Assembly (NCBI RefSeq): GCF_018977255.1
Contig: NW_024704836.1
Span: 62,001 to 126,000 of the forward strand
Length of the DNA stretch: 64,000 nt
Origin: Callorhinchus milii
Lineage: Eukaryota
Direction: 5' to 3'
A program made the translations under genes and the position numbers. Position 1 is the first letter of the stretch. Each line of letters starts with the position of its first letter. Below, piece after piece: positions 22,620 through 36,076 of this stretch. The notes beneath the pieces are model-generated. The model was given only the letters and a program-made list of their open reading frames with translations. It was not told the origin of the DNA and did not search any database.

Positions 22620-23181
22620 ATGAGTCTGTCCTTTCTCTTCTCTCTGTCTCTCTGATCTATCCGGCCCTGTGAGTATCTCTCAACATCTCTCAATTCCCCT
22701 CAGGCTCCCAAATACACTGGGATTTCATATCATCCTCCCCTCTCTATGTCTGAGAAGATCCGGCTCTGTGTATGTGTGTATGTGTATGTGTGAGGGTGTG
22801 CGCCCGTATGTGTATGTAATTCCGGGGATCAGACCAGGACATTCCCTGTGGTCAGGATGACGGATGTTATATTGTCTTTGCACGTCAGTCACTGGGAGCT
22901 TTGGTACTCAGGAGCCGCGGACAGTCACAGCCAGAGAGGGGGAGACAGTGACTTTGAGATGTAGCCACAACGACAAATCCTTAACATGATGCTTTGGTAC
23001 ATCCAACCCATCAGGGAGGCCTCACATTGATCGGATATAACCAAGCCTCAACCACCTATGAGGACAAGTTTAAATCCGGCTACAACATTACCAAGACACC
23101 AGACAGAATGAATCCACCCTGGAGATCTCCAACATCAACCCAACCCAGGAGGGGGTGTATTACTGCGCTGCGAGAGAAGGA
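22620..23181 (+). pseudogene. V15, shifted acceptor as in V40 plus extra indels (RSS 23182-23220); noisy copy of V40
   Basis: tttgcacgtcag acceptor at 22881-22888 shared with V40; additional indels in leader and FR3. Confidence 0.7.
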
Positions 23182-23792
23182 CACAGCGTGAGAGAGAGAC
23201 AGATCTCTCGTACATAAACCTCACACAGGATACACAACGACTCGATTCTATACACACACACACCAACCCCTCCCCGCCAACACCTGCCCTCAGTCTCTGC
23301 AGAAATAAAACCCATCAACACAGACGATTGAGAGACAGAGAGAAATAGAGGTTCAGGGCCGGAGTAGCCACGGGTCCATGTCGCCCACTCTCCACACTGT
23401 TCCCTCTACGTCTCCGAGCCAACGACTAATTTTATGAGCAACTGTTTCCCAGGCCATACTTTGGTGGAGGCTGTAGCTTCACTAAGACAAACCCACTCCC
23501 CCACATCTCCTCTCCAACCAATGTCCCACAAGGTGGGTGGGGGGTGGGTGGGGGAGAGGCCACTTCCGATTTGGTGCCGACACTTGGTGTCATTGGAGCT
23601 TTCCTTATCCAGAGCTTCATTCCACAGAGATAGAGTGAGAGAGACAATGTTTAGGATTGAGGGGCAAGTTATTGAGAAAGTTAACCACCAAAATGAGAGT
23701 GTGAATGTTAAAGAGTGAGTGTATGTGAGAGAGAGAGAGGAACCTGAGCTCTGGTGTGAGGTTCCCAATGTTAATCCAAGTCTCTGCCAACA

Positions 23793-24318
23793 ATGAGTCT
23801 GTCCTTTCTCACTGTCTCTCTGATCTCCATCCTCTGGCCCTGTGAGTATCTCTCAACATCTCTCTCATCCCCGTAAACTCTCAAATCCACAAGGAATTCA
23901 TATCACATCCTCTCTCTGTCCGCGATGATCGCGCTTTGTGTGTGTGCGTAATCCATTGAACACCCCCAGGACATTCAGCCAGATTCCCTGTCGGCGGATC
24001 TCACTGTTATATTGTCTTTGCAGGTCTGTCACTGGGAGCTTTGGTGACTCAGAGGCCGCGACAGTCACAGCCAGAGAGGGGGAGACAGTGACTTTGAATT
24101 GTCACCAGGACGACAGCTCTCTTACTGTGATGCTCTGGTACATCCAACCCCATCAGGGAGGCCTCACATTGATCGGGTATGTCGTTAACTCAGCGATAAC
24201 GTATGAGAAATCTGGCCACAACATTACCAAGACACCTGACAACATGAACTCCACCCTGGAGATCTCCAGCATAAACCCAACCCAGGACGGGGTGTATTAC
24301 TGCGCTGCAAGAGAAGGG
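23793..24318 (+). pseudogene. V16, defective RSS (CAAAGCG 24319-24325, 21-bp spacer, nonamer 24347-24355) plus a 1-bp FR1 deletion absent from V41
   Basis: The RSS defects are shared with V41, so they are genuine. Confidence 0.8.
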
Positions 24319-25539
24319 CAAAGCGTGAGAGAGACAGATCTCTCGTACATAAACCTTACACAGGATACCCAACCACTCGATTCTATACACACACACACCA
24401 GCCCCTCCCACGCTAACACCTGCCCTCAGTCTCTGCAGAAATAAAACGCATCAACACAGACGATTGAGAGACAGAGAGAAATAGAGGTTCAGGGCCGAGT
24501 AGCCACGGCTCCATGTCGCCCACTCCACACTGTTCCCTCTGTGTCTCTGAATCTGGGACCAATTTTGTGATCTGTGTTCCTGACCAATACCCCGGGGGAG
24601 GCTGTAACTTCACTCGGTTAGTTCCTGGATGAGGAACTGACCTATGAGGAGAGGCTGAATAAACTGGGACTGTATTTTCTGGAGTACAGAAGAATTAGGG
24701 GGGATCTTATTAAAACATATAAGATTATTAAAGGGCTGATAAAGTAGACACTGAGGGTCTGTTTCCCCGGTGGGAGAATCTATAACCGGGGGTCACAGTC
24801 TTAACATTAAGGGTCAGCCTTTTAGAACAGAGTTGAGGAAACATTTCTTCATTCAGAGGGCAGTGACTTTATGGAATCCACTCCCCAGAAGGCTGTAGAT
24901 GTCAGTCCTTGAACATCTTCAAGGCTGAGACTGATAGATGTTTAAAAAATAGAGGGATTAGTGGATATGGGGATAGAGCAGGTAATTAGAGTTAGGTCAG
25001 AAGATCAGCCATGATCTTATCAAATGGCGGGGCAGCTCGAGGGGCCAAATGACCGACTTCTGCTCCTAATTCTTATGTTCTTATGTTCACTCACAGGCTT
25101 CCCTTTCCCCACAAAAGAGCTTCCAATTCAACCCCAATCCCCCGCTCTCTCTCCATAACCTGCAAACTTGTCCTCCCCAAATAGTTATCTGCTTCTCCCT
25201 GAGAAGCTGTTATCGAATGGGCTTCCACCAGCCTTTCAGGCAACGCATTCCAGATGCATCTGTGTCTCTCTCTGAATTTGGCACCAATTTTGGGACCCGC
25301 TGTACCCAGTTCATACCCCGGGGGAGGCTGTAGCTTCACTAAGACACCTCCCCTCCTCCCCAGCTCCACCTCCCATCACTGGGGGGAGGTGAGGCCCACT
25401 TCCGATGTGGTGCAGACTTTACTCTGTCAGAGCTTCATTCCAGAGACATAGAGAGAGGGAGAGACAGAGAGACAGTGACAGAGAGAGGAACCTGAGCTCT
25501 GGTGTGAGGTTCCCAATGTTAATCCAAGTCTCTGCCTCA

Positions 25540-26072
25540 ATGAGTCTGTCCTTTCTCACCGTCTCTCTGATCTCCATCCTCTGGCCCTGTGAGTATCTCT
25601 CAACATCTCTCTCATCCCCGTAAACTCTCAAATCCACAGGGATTACATATCACACCCTCTCTGTCCGCATGATTGCGCTTTGTGTGTGTGCGTAATCCAT
25701 TGAACACCCCCCAGGACATTCAGCCACAGATTCCCTGTCGGCGGATCTCATTGTTATATTGTCTTTGCAGGTCTGTCACTGGGAGCTTTGGTGACTCAGA
25801 GGCCGCGGACAGTCACAGCCAGAGAGGGGGAGACAGTGAGTTTGAGATGTAGCCACAACGACAAATCCCTTGATATGATGCTTTGGTACATCCAACCCCA
25901 TCAGGGAGGCCTCACATTGATTGGATATAATGAATACTCAACTGTATATGAGGACAAGTTTAAATCCGGCTACAACATTACCAAGACACCTGACAACATG
26001 AACTCCACCCTGGAGATCACCAACATCAACCCAACCCAGGAGGGGGTGTATTACTGCGCTGCGAGAGAAGGG
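25540..26072 (+). CDS. V17, intact V segment (V exon 25771-26072, RSS 26073-26111); CSHNDKSLDMM / YNEYSTVY
   Basis: ORF 25788..26108, leader, RSS. Confidence 0.9.
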
Positions 26073-26819
26073 CACAGCGTGAGAGAGAGACAGATCTCTC
26101 GTACATAAACCTCACACAGGATACACAACGACTCGATTCTATACACACACACACACCAGCCCCTCCCCCAACACCTGCCCTCAGTCTCTGCAGAAATAAA
26201 ACCCATCAACACAGACGATTGAGAGACAGGAGAAATCGAGGTTCAGGGCCGGAGTAGCCACGGCTCCATGTCGCCCACTCTCCACACTGTTCCTCTGTGT
26301 CTCTGTCTCTGAATCTGGGACCAATTTTGTGATCTCGTGTTCCTGCCAATACCCCGGGGGAGGCTGTAACTTCACTAAAAGTCTTCCCTTTCCCCACAAC
26401 TCAAACCTCCCACCAATGCCCCACTGGTGGGTGGGGCACGAGAGCCACTTCATGTAGAATGATAGAATTATACAGCGCAGATGGAGGCCATTCGGCTCAT
26501 CGTGTCTGTGCCGGTCTTTGAAAAGAGCTTCCAATTCAACCCCACTCCCCCACTCTCTCCCCATAACCTGCAAACTTGTCCTCCCCAAATAGTTATCTGC
26601 TCTCCCTTAAAAGCTGTTATCGAATGGCTTCCACCAGCCTTTCAGGCAACGCATTCCAGATGCATCTGTGTCTCTATCTCTGAATTTGGAACCAATTTTG
26701 GGACCCGCTGTACCCAGTTCATACCCCGGGGGAGGCTGTAGCTTCACTAAGACACCTCCCCTCCTCCCCAGCTCCACCTCCCATCACTGGGGGGAGGTGA
26801 GGCCCACTTCCGATGTGGT

Positions 26820-26849
26820 NNNNNNNNNNNNNNNNNNNNNNNNNNNNNN
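26820..26849. other. Assembly gap (30 N) at which array orientation flips
   Basis: N run; both flanks end in the same promoter repeat in opposite orientation, with noisy sequence just right of the gap. Confidence 0.98.
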
Positions 26850-27686
26850 TCGTCTCAACGCCTAACACTAAAACCACGTTGGGGGGTCAGAGAGATTGCT
26901 GACTCTAACCAGTGCGACACTCTGACAGAGTAAAGGTCTGCACCACATCGCGAAGTGGGCCTCACCTCCCCCAGTGATGGGAGGTGAGCTGGGGAGGAGG
27001 GCAGGTGTCTTAGTGAAGCTTACAGCCTCCCCAGGGTATGAACTGGGTACAGCGGGTCCCAAAATTGGCTCCAAATTCAGAGATAGGAATACAGATGCAT
27101 CTGTAATGCGTTGCCTGAAAGGCTGGTGGAAGCCCATTCGATAACAGCTTTTATGAGACAAGTAGATACCTATTTGGGAGGACAAGTTTGCAGGTTATGG
27201 GTGAGGGGGAAGTGGGGTCGAATTGGAAGCTCTTTTCAAAGACCGGCACAGACACGATGAGCCGAATGGCCTCCATCTGCGCTGTATAATTCTGTGATTC
27301 TACATCGGTCTCGTGCCCCACCCACCAGTGGGGCATTGGTGGGAGGTTTGAGATGAGGGAAAGGGAAGCCTTTTAGTGAAGTTACAGCCTCCCCCGGGGT
27401 ATTGGTCAGGAACACGAGATCACTAAATTGGTCCCAGATTCAGAGACAGAGGCACAGAGGGAACAGTGTGGAGAGTGGGCGACATGGAGCCGTGGCTACT
27501 CCGGCCCTGAACCTCGATTTCTCTCTGTCTCTCAATCGTCTGTGTTGATGGGTTTTATTTCTGCAGAGACTGAGGGCAGGTGTTGGCGGGGGAGGGGCTG
27601 GTGTGTGTGTGTGTGTATAGAATCGAGTGGTTGTGTATCCTGTGTGAGGTTTATGTACGAGAGATCTGTCTCTCTCTCACGCTGTG

Positions 27687-28223
27687 CCCTTCTCTCGCAG
27701 TGCAGTAATACACCCCCTCCTCGGTTGGGTTCAAGCTGGAGATCTCCAGGAAGGACTCCTTCCTGTTACTGGTCTGGTTAACTTTGTAGTCAGATTCAAA
27801 ACCCTTCTCATGGGTTACGGTTGTGTAGAGACATAAGTGATCAATGTGAGGCCTCCCTGATGGGGTTGGAGGTACCAGAGCATTGTTTGATGGGCTGTGT
27901 TATTCTGGTAACATCTCAAAGTCACTGTCTCCCCCTCTCTGGCTGTGACTGTCCGCGGCCTCTGAGTCACCAAAGTTCCCAGTGACAGACCTGCAAAAGC
28001 AATATAACAGTGAGATCCGCCGACAGGGAATCTGGGCTGAATGTCCTGGGGGGTGTTCAATGGATTACACACACACACAAAGTGCGATCATCGCAGACAG
28101 AGAGAGGATGTGATATGAAATCCCTGTGGATTTGAGAGTTTACGGGGATGAGAGAGATCTTGAGAGATACTCACAGGGCCAGAGGATGGAGATCAGAGAG
28201 ACAGTGAGAAAGGACAGACTCAT
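27687..28223 (-). pseudogene. V18, apparent 1-bp deletion giving a stop in CDR2 (V exon 27687-27990, RSS 27648-27686); CYQNNTAHQTM / D-type FR3, ends CTARE
   Basis: ORF 27815..28078 stops after YVSTQP; downstream frame resembles V24; near contig end, so could be error. Confidence 0.7.
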
Positions 28224-29298
28224 TGTTGGCAGAGACTTGGATTAACATTGGGAACCTCACACCTCAGTTCTCTCTTCCTCCCTCTTTATCCTCACACGCG
28301 GTCACACACTGTATCTCACACTCTTTTTGTCTCTCACATCGACTCTCTCTCTCTGGCTTTTTTTTGTGGACTGAAGCTCTGACGGATTGAAGGCACCAAT
28401 GACACCAAAGTATTCGAAAGATATCACAAGCCCCAACCCCCCCCCCCCCCCCCCCCCCACCACCCACCTGTGGGACAGGAGAGTGAATCAGTGACGCTAC
28501 AGCCTCCCCTCGGGGATAGACTTGTAACTACAGGGTGCAAAATTGTTCCCAGTTTTAGATTTGGAAATATAGAGAAGATACAGTGGAGGAAGTTGGCTCA
28601 AAGGAGGCAGGGAGATGGTTATTATTGTGTGTTGCGTGTGTTCGACATGAGGCAGTTAATACTGTGTGTGTGTTGGGGGTTGGGATGAGACAGAGAAGTG
28701 TCAGGGAAAGTTGAGCACTGGTGTTGGTGACTATGGAAGAGAAGTGTGAAGGATAATTATCCATGTGGCAGTGAGGGGGTTAATTCAAGGTGACGTTGTA
28801 GATGCAGTCGGGGACCGTCTTATCTTTTTGTGTCGGTGTCTCAGAAGGTGTGAGAGACAGACCCACCCCATGTTTGCCGGCCATGAAGACTCATGAAGAC
28901 GCTGAGTAAACCCCAGTCCTTGTTGGCTTTGAGTTGGAGAGTCAGTGAGTTTGGGAGTCAGTGTGTGTGAGTGTGAAAGTGTCAGTGAAGCAGTGAGTGT
29001 GTGAGTGAGTCGGTGGGTGTGTGTGTTCCCCGCACTGACGGCTTTAATCGGGGACAGAGACAGAGACACAGAGTGAACAGTGTGGAGAGTGGGCGACATG
29101 GAGCCGTGGCTACTCCGGCCCTGAACCTCGATTTCTCTCTGTCTCTCAATCGTCTGTGTTGATGGGTTTTATTTCTGCAGAGACTGAGGGCAGGTGTTGG
29201 CACGGGAGGGGCTGGTGTGTGTGTGTGTACAGAATCGAGTCGTTGTGTATCCTGTGTGAGGTTTATGTACGAGAGATCTGTCTCTCTCTCACACTGTG

Positions 29299-29832
29299 CC
29301 CTTCTCTCACAGCGCAGTAATACACCCCCTCCTGGGTTGGGTTCATGTTGGTGATCTCCAGGGTGGAGTTCATTCTGTCCGGTGTCTTGGTCATGTTGTA
29401 GCCGGATTTAAACTTGTCCTCATATACTGTTGAGGCTTGGTTATACCCGATCAATGTGAGGCCTCCCTGATGGGGTTGGAGGTACCAGAGCATTATAAAA
29501 TAGTCTTTGTTATTCTGGTGACAATTCAAACTCACTGTCTCCCCCTCTCTGGCTGTGACTGTCCGCGGTCCCTGAGTCACCAAACCTCCCAGTGACAGAC
29601 CTGCAAAGACAATATAACAGTGAGATCCGCCGACAGGGAATCTGGGCTGAATGTCCTGGGGGTGTTCAATGGATTACGCACACACACAAAGCGCAATCAT
29701 CGCGGACAGAGAGAGGGTGTGATATGAAATCCCTGTGGATTTGAGAGTTTACGGGGATGAGAGAGATGTTGAGAGATACTCACAGGGCCAGAGGATGGAG
29801 ATCAGAGAGACAGTGAGAAAGGACAGACTCAT
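29299..29832 (-). CDS. V19, intact (V exon 29299-29600, RSS 29260-29298 with consensus CACAGTG); CHQNNKDYFIM / YNQASTVY, ends CAVRE
   Basis: ORF 29263..29583, leader 29784-29832. Confidence 0.92.
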
Positions 29833-30707
29833 TGTTGGCAGAGACTTGGATTAACATTGGGAACCTCACACCAGAGCTCAGGTTCCTCTCTCTATCTGTG
29901 TCTCTCTGTCTCTCCCTCTCTCTATGTCTCTGGAATGAAGCTCTGACAGAGTAAAGTCTGAACCACATCGGAAGTGGGCCTCACCTCCCCCCAGTGATGG
30001 GAGGTGGAGCTGGGGAGGAGGGGAGGTGTCTTAGTGAAGCTACAGCCTCCCCCGGGGTATGAACTGGGTACAGCGGGTCCCAAAATTGGTTCCAAATTCA
30101 GAGATAGAGACACAGATGCATCGGGAATGCGTTGCCTGAAAGGCTGGTGGAAGCCCATTCGATAGCAGCTTTTATGAGAGAAGCAGAGGATTTGGGGAGG
30201 ACAAGTTTGCAGGTTATGGGGTGAGAGTGGTGGATTGGGGTTGAATTGGAAGCTCTTTTCAAAGACCGGCACAGACACGATGACCCGAATGGCCTCCATG
30301 TGCGCTGTATAATTCTACGATTCTACATCGGAAGTGGGTCTCGTGTCCCACCCACCAGTGGGGCATTGGTGGGAGGTTTGAGATGTGGGGAAAGGGAAGC
30401 CTTTTAGTGAAGTTACAGCCTCCCCCGGGGTATTGGTCAGGAACACGAGATCACAAAATTGGTCCCAGATTCAGAGACACAGAGGGAACAGTGTGGAGAG
30501 TGGGCGACATGGAGCCGTGGCTACTCCGGCCCTGAACCTCGATTTCTCTCTGTCTCTCAATCGTCTGTGTTGATGGGTTTTATTTCTGCAGAGACTGAGG
30601 GCAGGTGTTGGCGGGGGAGGGGCTGGTGTGTGTGTGTATAGAATCGAGTCGTTGTGTATCCTGTGTGAGGTTTATGTACGAGAGATCTGTCTCTCTCTCA
30701 CGCTGTG

Positions 30708-31239
30708 CCCTTCTCTCGCAGCGCAGTAATACACCCCCTCCTGGGTTGGGTTCATGTTGGAGATCTCCAGGGTGGAGTTCATTCTGTCCGGTGTCTTGGT
30801 AATGTTGTAGCCGGATTTAAACTTGTCCTCATATATGGTTGAGGCTTGGTTATACCCGATCAATGTGAGGCCTCCCTGATGGGGTTGGATGTACCAGAGC
30901 ATCACAGTAAAGGAGCTGTCGTCCTGGTGACAATTCAAAGTCACTGTCTCCCCCTCTCTGGCTGTGACTATCCGCGGCCTCTGAGTCACCAAAGCTCCCA
31001 GTGACAGACCTGCAAAGACAATATAATGAGATCCGCCGACAGGGAATCTGGGCTGAATGTCCTGGGGGGTGTTCAATGGATTACGCACACACACAAAGCG
31101 CGATCATCGCGGACAGAGAGAGGGTGTGATATGAAATCCCTGTGGATTTGAGAGTTTACGGGGATGAGAGAGATGTTGAGAGATACTCACAGGGCCAGAG
31201 AATGGAGATCAGAGAGACAGTGAGAAAGGATAGACTCAT
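30708..31239 (-). CDS. V20, intact (V exon 30708-31009, RSS 30669-30707); CHQDDSSFTVM / YNQASTIY
   Basis: ORF 30672..31094, leader 31191-31239. Confidence 0.92.
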
Positions 31240-32110
31240 TGTTGGCAGAGACTTGGATTAACATTGGGAACCTCACACCAGAGCTCAGGTTCCTCTCTCT
31301 GTCACTGTCTCTCTGTCTCTCCCTCTCTCTATGTCTCTGGAATGAAGCTCTGACAGAGTAAAGTCTGCACCACATCGGAAGTGGGCCTCACCTCCCCCCA
31401 GTGATGGGAGGTGGAGCTGGGGAGGAGGGGAGGTGTCTTAGTGTAGCTACAGCCTCCCCCCGGGGTATGAACTGGGTACAGCGGGTCCCAAAATTGGTGC
31501 CAAATTCAGAGATAGGGATACAGATGCATCTGGAATTCGTTGCCTGAAAGGCTGGTGGAAGCCCATTCGATAACAGCTTTTGTGAGACAAGTAGATACCT
31601 ATTTGGGGAGGACAAGTTTGCAGGTTATGGGGTGAGAGTGGGGGAGTGGGGTTGAATTGGAAGCTCTTTTCAAAGACCGGCACAGACACGATGAGCCGAA
31701 TGGCCTCCATCTGCGCTGTATAATTCTGTGATTCTACATCGGTCTCGTGCCCCACCCACCAGTGGGGCATTGGTAGGAGGTTTGAGATGTGGGGAAAGGG
31801 AAATCTTTTAGTGAAGTTACAGCCTCCCCCGGGGTATTGGTCAGGAACACGAGATCACAAAATTGGTCCCAGGTTCAGAGACACAGAGGGAGAGTGTGGA
31901 GAGTGGGCGACATGGAGCCGTGGCTACTCCGGCCCTGAACCTCGATTTCTCTCTGTCTCTCAATCGTCTGTGTTGATGGGTTTTATTTCTGCAGAGACTG
32001 AGGGCAGGTGTTGGTGGGGGAGGGGCTGGTGTGTGTGTGTATAGAATCGAGTGGTTGTGTATCCTGTGTGAGGTTTATGTACGAGAGATCTGTCTCTCTC
32101 TCACGCTGTG

Positions 32111-32643
32111 TCCTTCTCGCAGCGCAGTAATACACCCCCTCCTGGGTTGGGTTCATGTTGGTGATCTCCAGGGTGGAGTTCATGTTGTCAGGTGTCTTGG
32201 TAATGTTGTAACCAGATTTAAACTTGTCCTCATATACGGTTGAGTATCGGTTATATCCAATCAATGTGAGGCCTCCCTGATGGGGTTGGATGTACCAGAG
32301 CATCGTATCAAGGGATTTGTCGTTATGGCTACATCTCAAAGTCACTGTCTCCCCCTCTCTGGCTGTGACTGTCCGCGGCCTCTGAGTCACCAAAGCTCCC
32401 AGTGACAGACCTGCAAAGACAATATAACAATGAGATCCGCCGACAGGGAATCTGGGCTGAATGTCCTGGGGGGTGTTCAATGGATTACGCACACACACAA
32501 AGCGCGATCATCGCGGACAGAGAGAGGATGTGATGTGAAATCCCTGTGGATTTGAGAGTTTACGGGGATGAGAGAGATGTTGAGAGATACTCACAGGGCC
32601 AGAGGATGGAGATCAGAGAGACAGTGAGAAAGGACAGACTCAT
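32111..32643 (-). CDS. V21, intact V with 2-bp shorter coding end (CAARR; RSS 32072-32110); CSHNDKSLDTM / YNRYSTVY
   Basis: ORF 31983..32498, leader 32595-32643; the deletion is after the second Cys, so it should be tolerated after junctional trimming. Confidence 0.88.
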
Positions 32644-33729
32644 TGTTGGCAGAAACTTGGATTAACATTGGGAACCTCACACCTCAGTTCTCTCTTCCTC
32701 CCTCTTTATCCTCACACGCGGTCACACACTGTATCTCACACTCTTTTTATGTCTCACATCGACTCTCTCTCTCTCTCTGACTTTTTTTTGTGGACTGAAG
32801 CTCTGACGGATTGAAGGCACCAATGACACCAAAGTATTCGAAAGATATCACAACCCCCACCCCCCCCCCCAACCCCACACACCCCACCCTGTGGGACAGG
32901 AGAGTGAATCAGTGACGCTGCAGCCTCCCCTCGCGGATAGACTTGTAACTACAGAGTGCAAAATTGTTCCCAGGTTTAGATATGGAGATACAGAGAAGAT
33001 ACGCTGTAGGAAGTTGGCTCAATGGAGGCAGGGAGATGGTTAGTATTGTGTGTTTGTGTGCGTTCGACATGAGGCAGTTACTACTGTGTGTGTGTTCGGG
33101 GGTGCGATTAGACAGAGAAGAGTCAGGGAAAGTTAAGCACTCGTGTTGGTGACTATGGAAGGGAAGTGTGAATGATAATTATCTGTGTGGCAGGCGATAG
33201 GCAGTGAGGGGGTTAATTCAATGTGATTTTGTAGATGCAGTCGGGGACCGTCTTATCTTTTTGTGTCGGTGTCTCAGAAGGTGTGAGAGACAGACCCACC
33301 CCATGTTTGCCGGCCATGAAGACCCATGAAGGCGCTGAGTAAACCCCAGTCCTTGTTGGCTTTGAGTTGGAGAGTCAGTGAGTTTGGGAGTCAGTGTGTG
33401 TGAGTGTGAGAGTGTCAGTGAGGCAGTGAGAGTGTGAGTGAGTCGGTGGGTGTGTGTGTTCCCCGCCCTGACGGCTTTAATCGGGGACAGAGACAGAGAC
33501 ACAGAGGGAACAGTGTGGAGAGTGGGCGACATGGAGCCGTGGCTACTCCGGCCCTGAACCTCTATTTCTCTCTGTCTCTCAATGGTCTGTGTTGTTGGGT
33601 TTTATTTCTGCAGAGACTGAGGGCAGGTGTTGGTGGGGGAGGGGCTGGTGTGTGTGTGTATAGAATCGAGTCGTTGTTTGTCCTGTGTGAGGTTTATGTA
33701 CGAGAGATCTGTCTCTATCTCACGCTGTG

Positions 33730-34286
33730 TCCTTCTCTCGCAGCGCAGTAATACACCCCCTCCTGGGTTGGGTTCAAGTTGGAGATCTTCAGGGAGGATT
33801 CCTTGTCATCAGTTGTCTTTGTCATATTGTAGCCGGATTCAAAGCCTTTCTCATACGTTGGAGTTGTCACCACGGCGTATGCGATCAATGTGAGGCCTCC
33901 ATGATGGGGTTGGAAGTACCAGAGCATTACTTGATAGTCTGTGTCATTCTGATAACAATTCAAACTCACTGTCTCCCCCTCTCTGGCTGTGACTGTCCGC
34001 GGCCACTGAGTCACCAAAGCTCCCAGTGACAGACCTGCAAAGACAATATAACATCCATCATCCTGCCCACAGGGAATGTCCTGGTCTGATCCCCGGAATT
34101 ACATACGTATATGTATATACACATACACACACATACACAGAGCCGGATCTTCTCAGACAGACAGAGTGGAGGATGATATGAAATCCCATTGGAATTGGGA
34201 GCCTGAGAGGAATTGGGAGACTTTGGGAGATACTCACAGGGCCAGAGGATGGAGACCAGAGAGACAGTGAGAAAGGACAGACTCAT
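33730..34286 (-). CDS. V22, intact (V exon 33730-34034, RSS 33691-33729); CYQNDTDYQVM / YAVVTTPTYEKGF
   Basis: ORF 33715..34017, leader 34238-34286. Confidence 0.92.
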
Positions 34287-34898
34287 TGTTGGCAGAGACT
34301 TGGATTAACATTGGGAACCTCACACCAGAGCTCAGGTTCCTTTCTCTCTCTCATATACACTCTTTCTTTAACTCTTTCTTTAACTCTTTCTTTAACACTC
34401 ACACTCTCTCTTTCTCAGTAACTCTCCCCCTCTATCCTAAACGTTGTCTCTCTCACTGTATCTCCGTGAAGCTCTGGAAAAGGAAAGGCTCCAATGACAC
34501 CAAAGTGTCGGCACCATATCGGAAGTGACCTCTCCCCCCCCCCCCCCACTCCCCACCCACCTAGTGGGACATTGGTTGGAGAGGAGATGTGGGGGAGTCT
34601 TAGTGAAGCTACAGCCTCCCCCAAAGTATGGCCTGGGAGATCATAAAATTAGTCGTTGGTTCGGAGACGTAGAGGGAACAGTGTGGAGAGTGGGCGACAT
34701 GGAGCCGTGGCTACTCCGGCCCTGAACCTCTATTTCTCTCTGTCTCTCAGTCATGTGTTGTTGAGTTTTATTTCTGCAGAGACTGAGGGCAGGTGTTGGC
34801 GGGGAGGGGCTGGTGTGTGTGTGTGTGTATAGAATCGAGTCGTTGGGTATCCCGTGTGAGGTTTATGTACGAGAGATCTGTCTCTCTCTCACACTGTG

Positions 34899-35469
34899 CC
34901 CTTCTCTCGCAGCGCAGTAATACACCCCCTCCTGGGCTACGTTCTTGATCTCCAAGGAGCAGTTCTTATAGTCATCAGTCTGTGTAATTTTGTAGTCAGG
35001 TTTGTCATCCTCAATCGTTGGAGTTGACATAAAACCGTATCCAATCAATGTGAGGCCTCCCTGATGGGGTTGGATGTACCAGAGCATCGTATCAAGGGCA
35101 CTGTCATCCTGGTGACATCTCAAAGTCACTGTCTCCCCCTCTCTGGCTGTGACTGTCTCCGGCCACTGAGTCACCAAAGCTCCCAGTGACAGACCTGCAA
35201 AGACAATATAACATCCATCATCCTGCCCACAGGGAATGTCCTGGTCTGATCCCCGGAATGACATACACATACGGGCGCACACACTCACACATACACACAT
35301 GCACATACACACACATACACAGAGCCAGATATTCTCAGACAGAGAGAGTGGAGGATGATATCAAAATCCCATTGGAATTGGGAGCCTGAGGGGAATTGAG
35401 AGACTTTGGGAGATACTCACAGGGCCATAGGATGGAGATCAGAGAGATAGTGAGAAAGGACAGACTCAT
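34899..35469 (-). CDS. V23, intact (V exon 34899-35194, RSS 34860-34898 with CACAGTG); CHQDDSALDTM / YGFMSTPTIEDDKPDY, extra FR3 Cys
   Basis: ORF 34863..35312, leader 35421-35469. Confidence 0.92.
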
Positions 35470-36076
35470 TGTTGGCAGAGACTTGGATTAACATTGGGAA
35501 CCTCACACCAGAGCTCAGGTTCCTCTCTCTCTCTCCCCCCCCACTGTCACACGCCCTCTTTCTGTTTACCTTTCTCAACAACACTCCCCCTCTCTCCTAA
35601 TGGTTGTCTCCCTCTCTCTCTCTCTCTCTCTCCTCTGTATTTGTGGAATTAAGCTCCAGCAGAGTAAAGGCACCAATGACCCCAAGGTGTCGGTACCACA
35701 TCGGAAGTGGGTGTCACTCCCGCCCCCCACCGAGGGACATTGGTGGGAGGTGGAGATGTCTTAGTGAAGCCACAGCCTCCCCCAGGGTCTGGTCCAGGAA
35801 CTGCAAGTCACAAAATTGGTCCCAGATTCAGAGACAGAGGCACAGAGGGAACAGTGTGGAGAGTGGGCGACATGGAGCCGTGGCTACTCCGGCCCTGAAC
35901 CTCGATTTCTCTCTGTCTCTCAATCATCTGTGTTGATGGGTTTTATTTCTGCAGAGACTGAGGGCAGGTGTTGGTGGGGGAGGGGCTGGTGTGTGTGTGT
36001 GTGTGTATAGAATCTAGTGGTTGTGTATCCTGTGTGAGGTTTATGTACGAGAGATCTGTCTCTCTCTCACGCTGTG

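Larger units (their letters stand above)
4910..26015 (+). repeat. Left copy of a ~21 kb near-identical direct duplication (right copy ~42860-64000)
   Basis: Matching ORFs at offsets 37951 (5.3-9 kb) drifting to 37984 (25.5 kb). Confidence 0.95.

Noticed and set aside
9280-24318. A real cluster of frameshifted pseudogenes in the left plus-strand block
   Set aside because: The indels are mostly in homopolymers, absent from the duplicate block, and increase toward the contig end, so they are most likely consensus errors.
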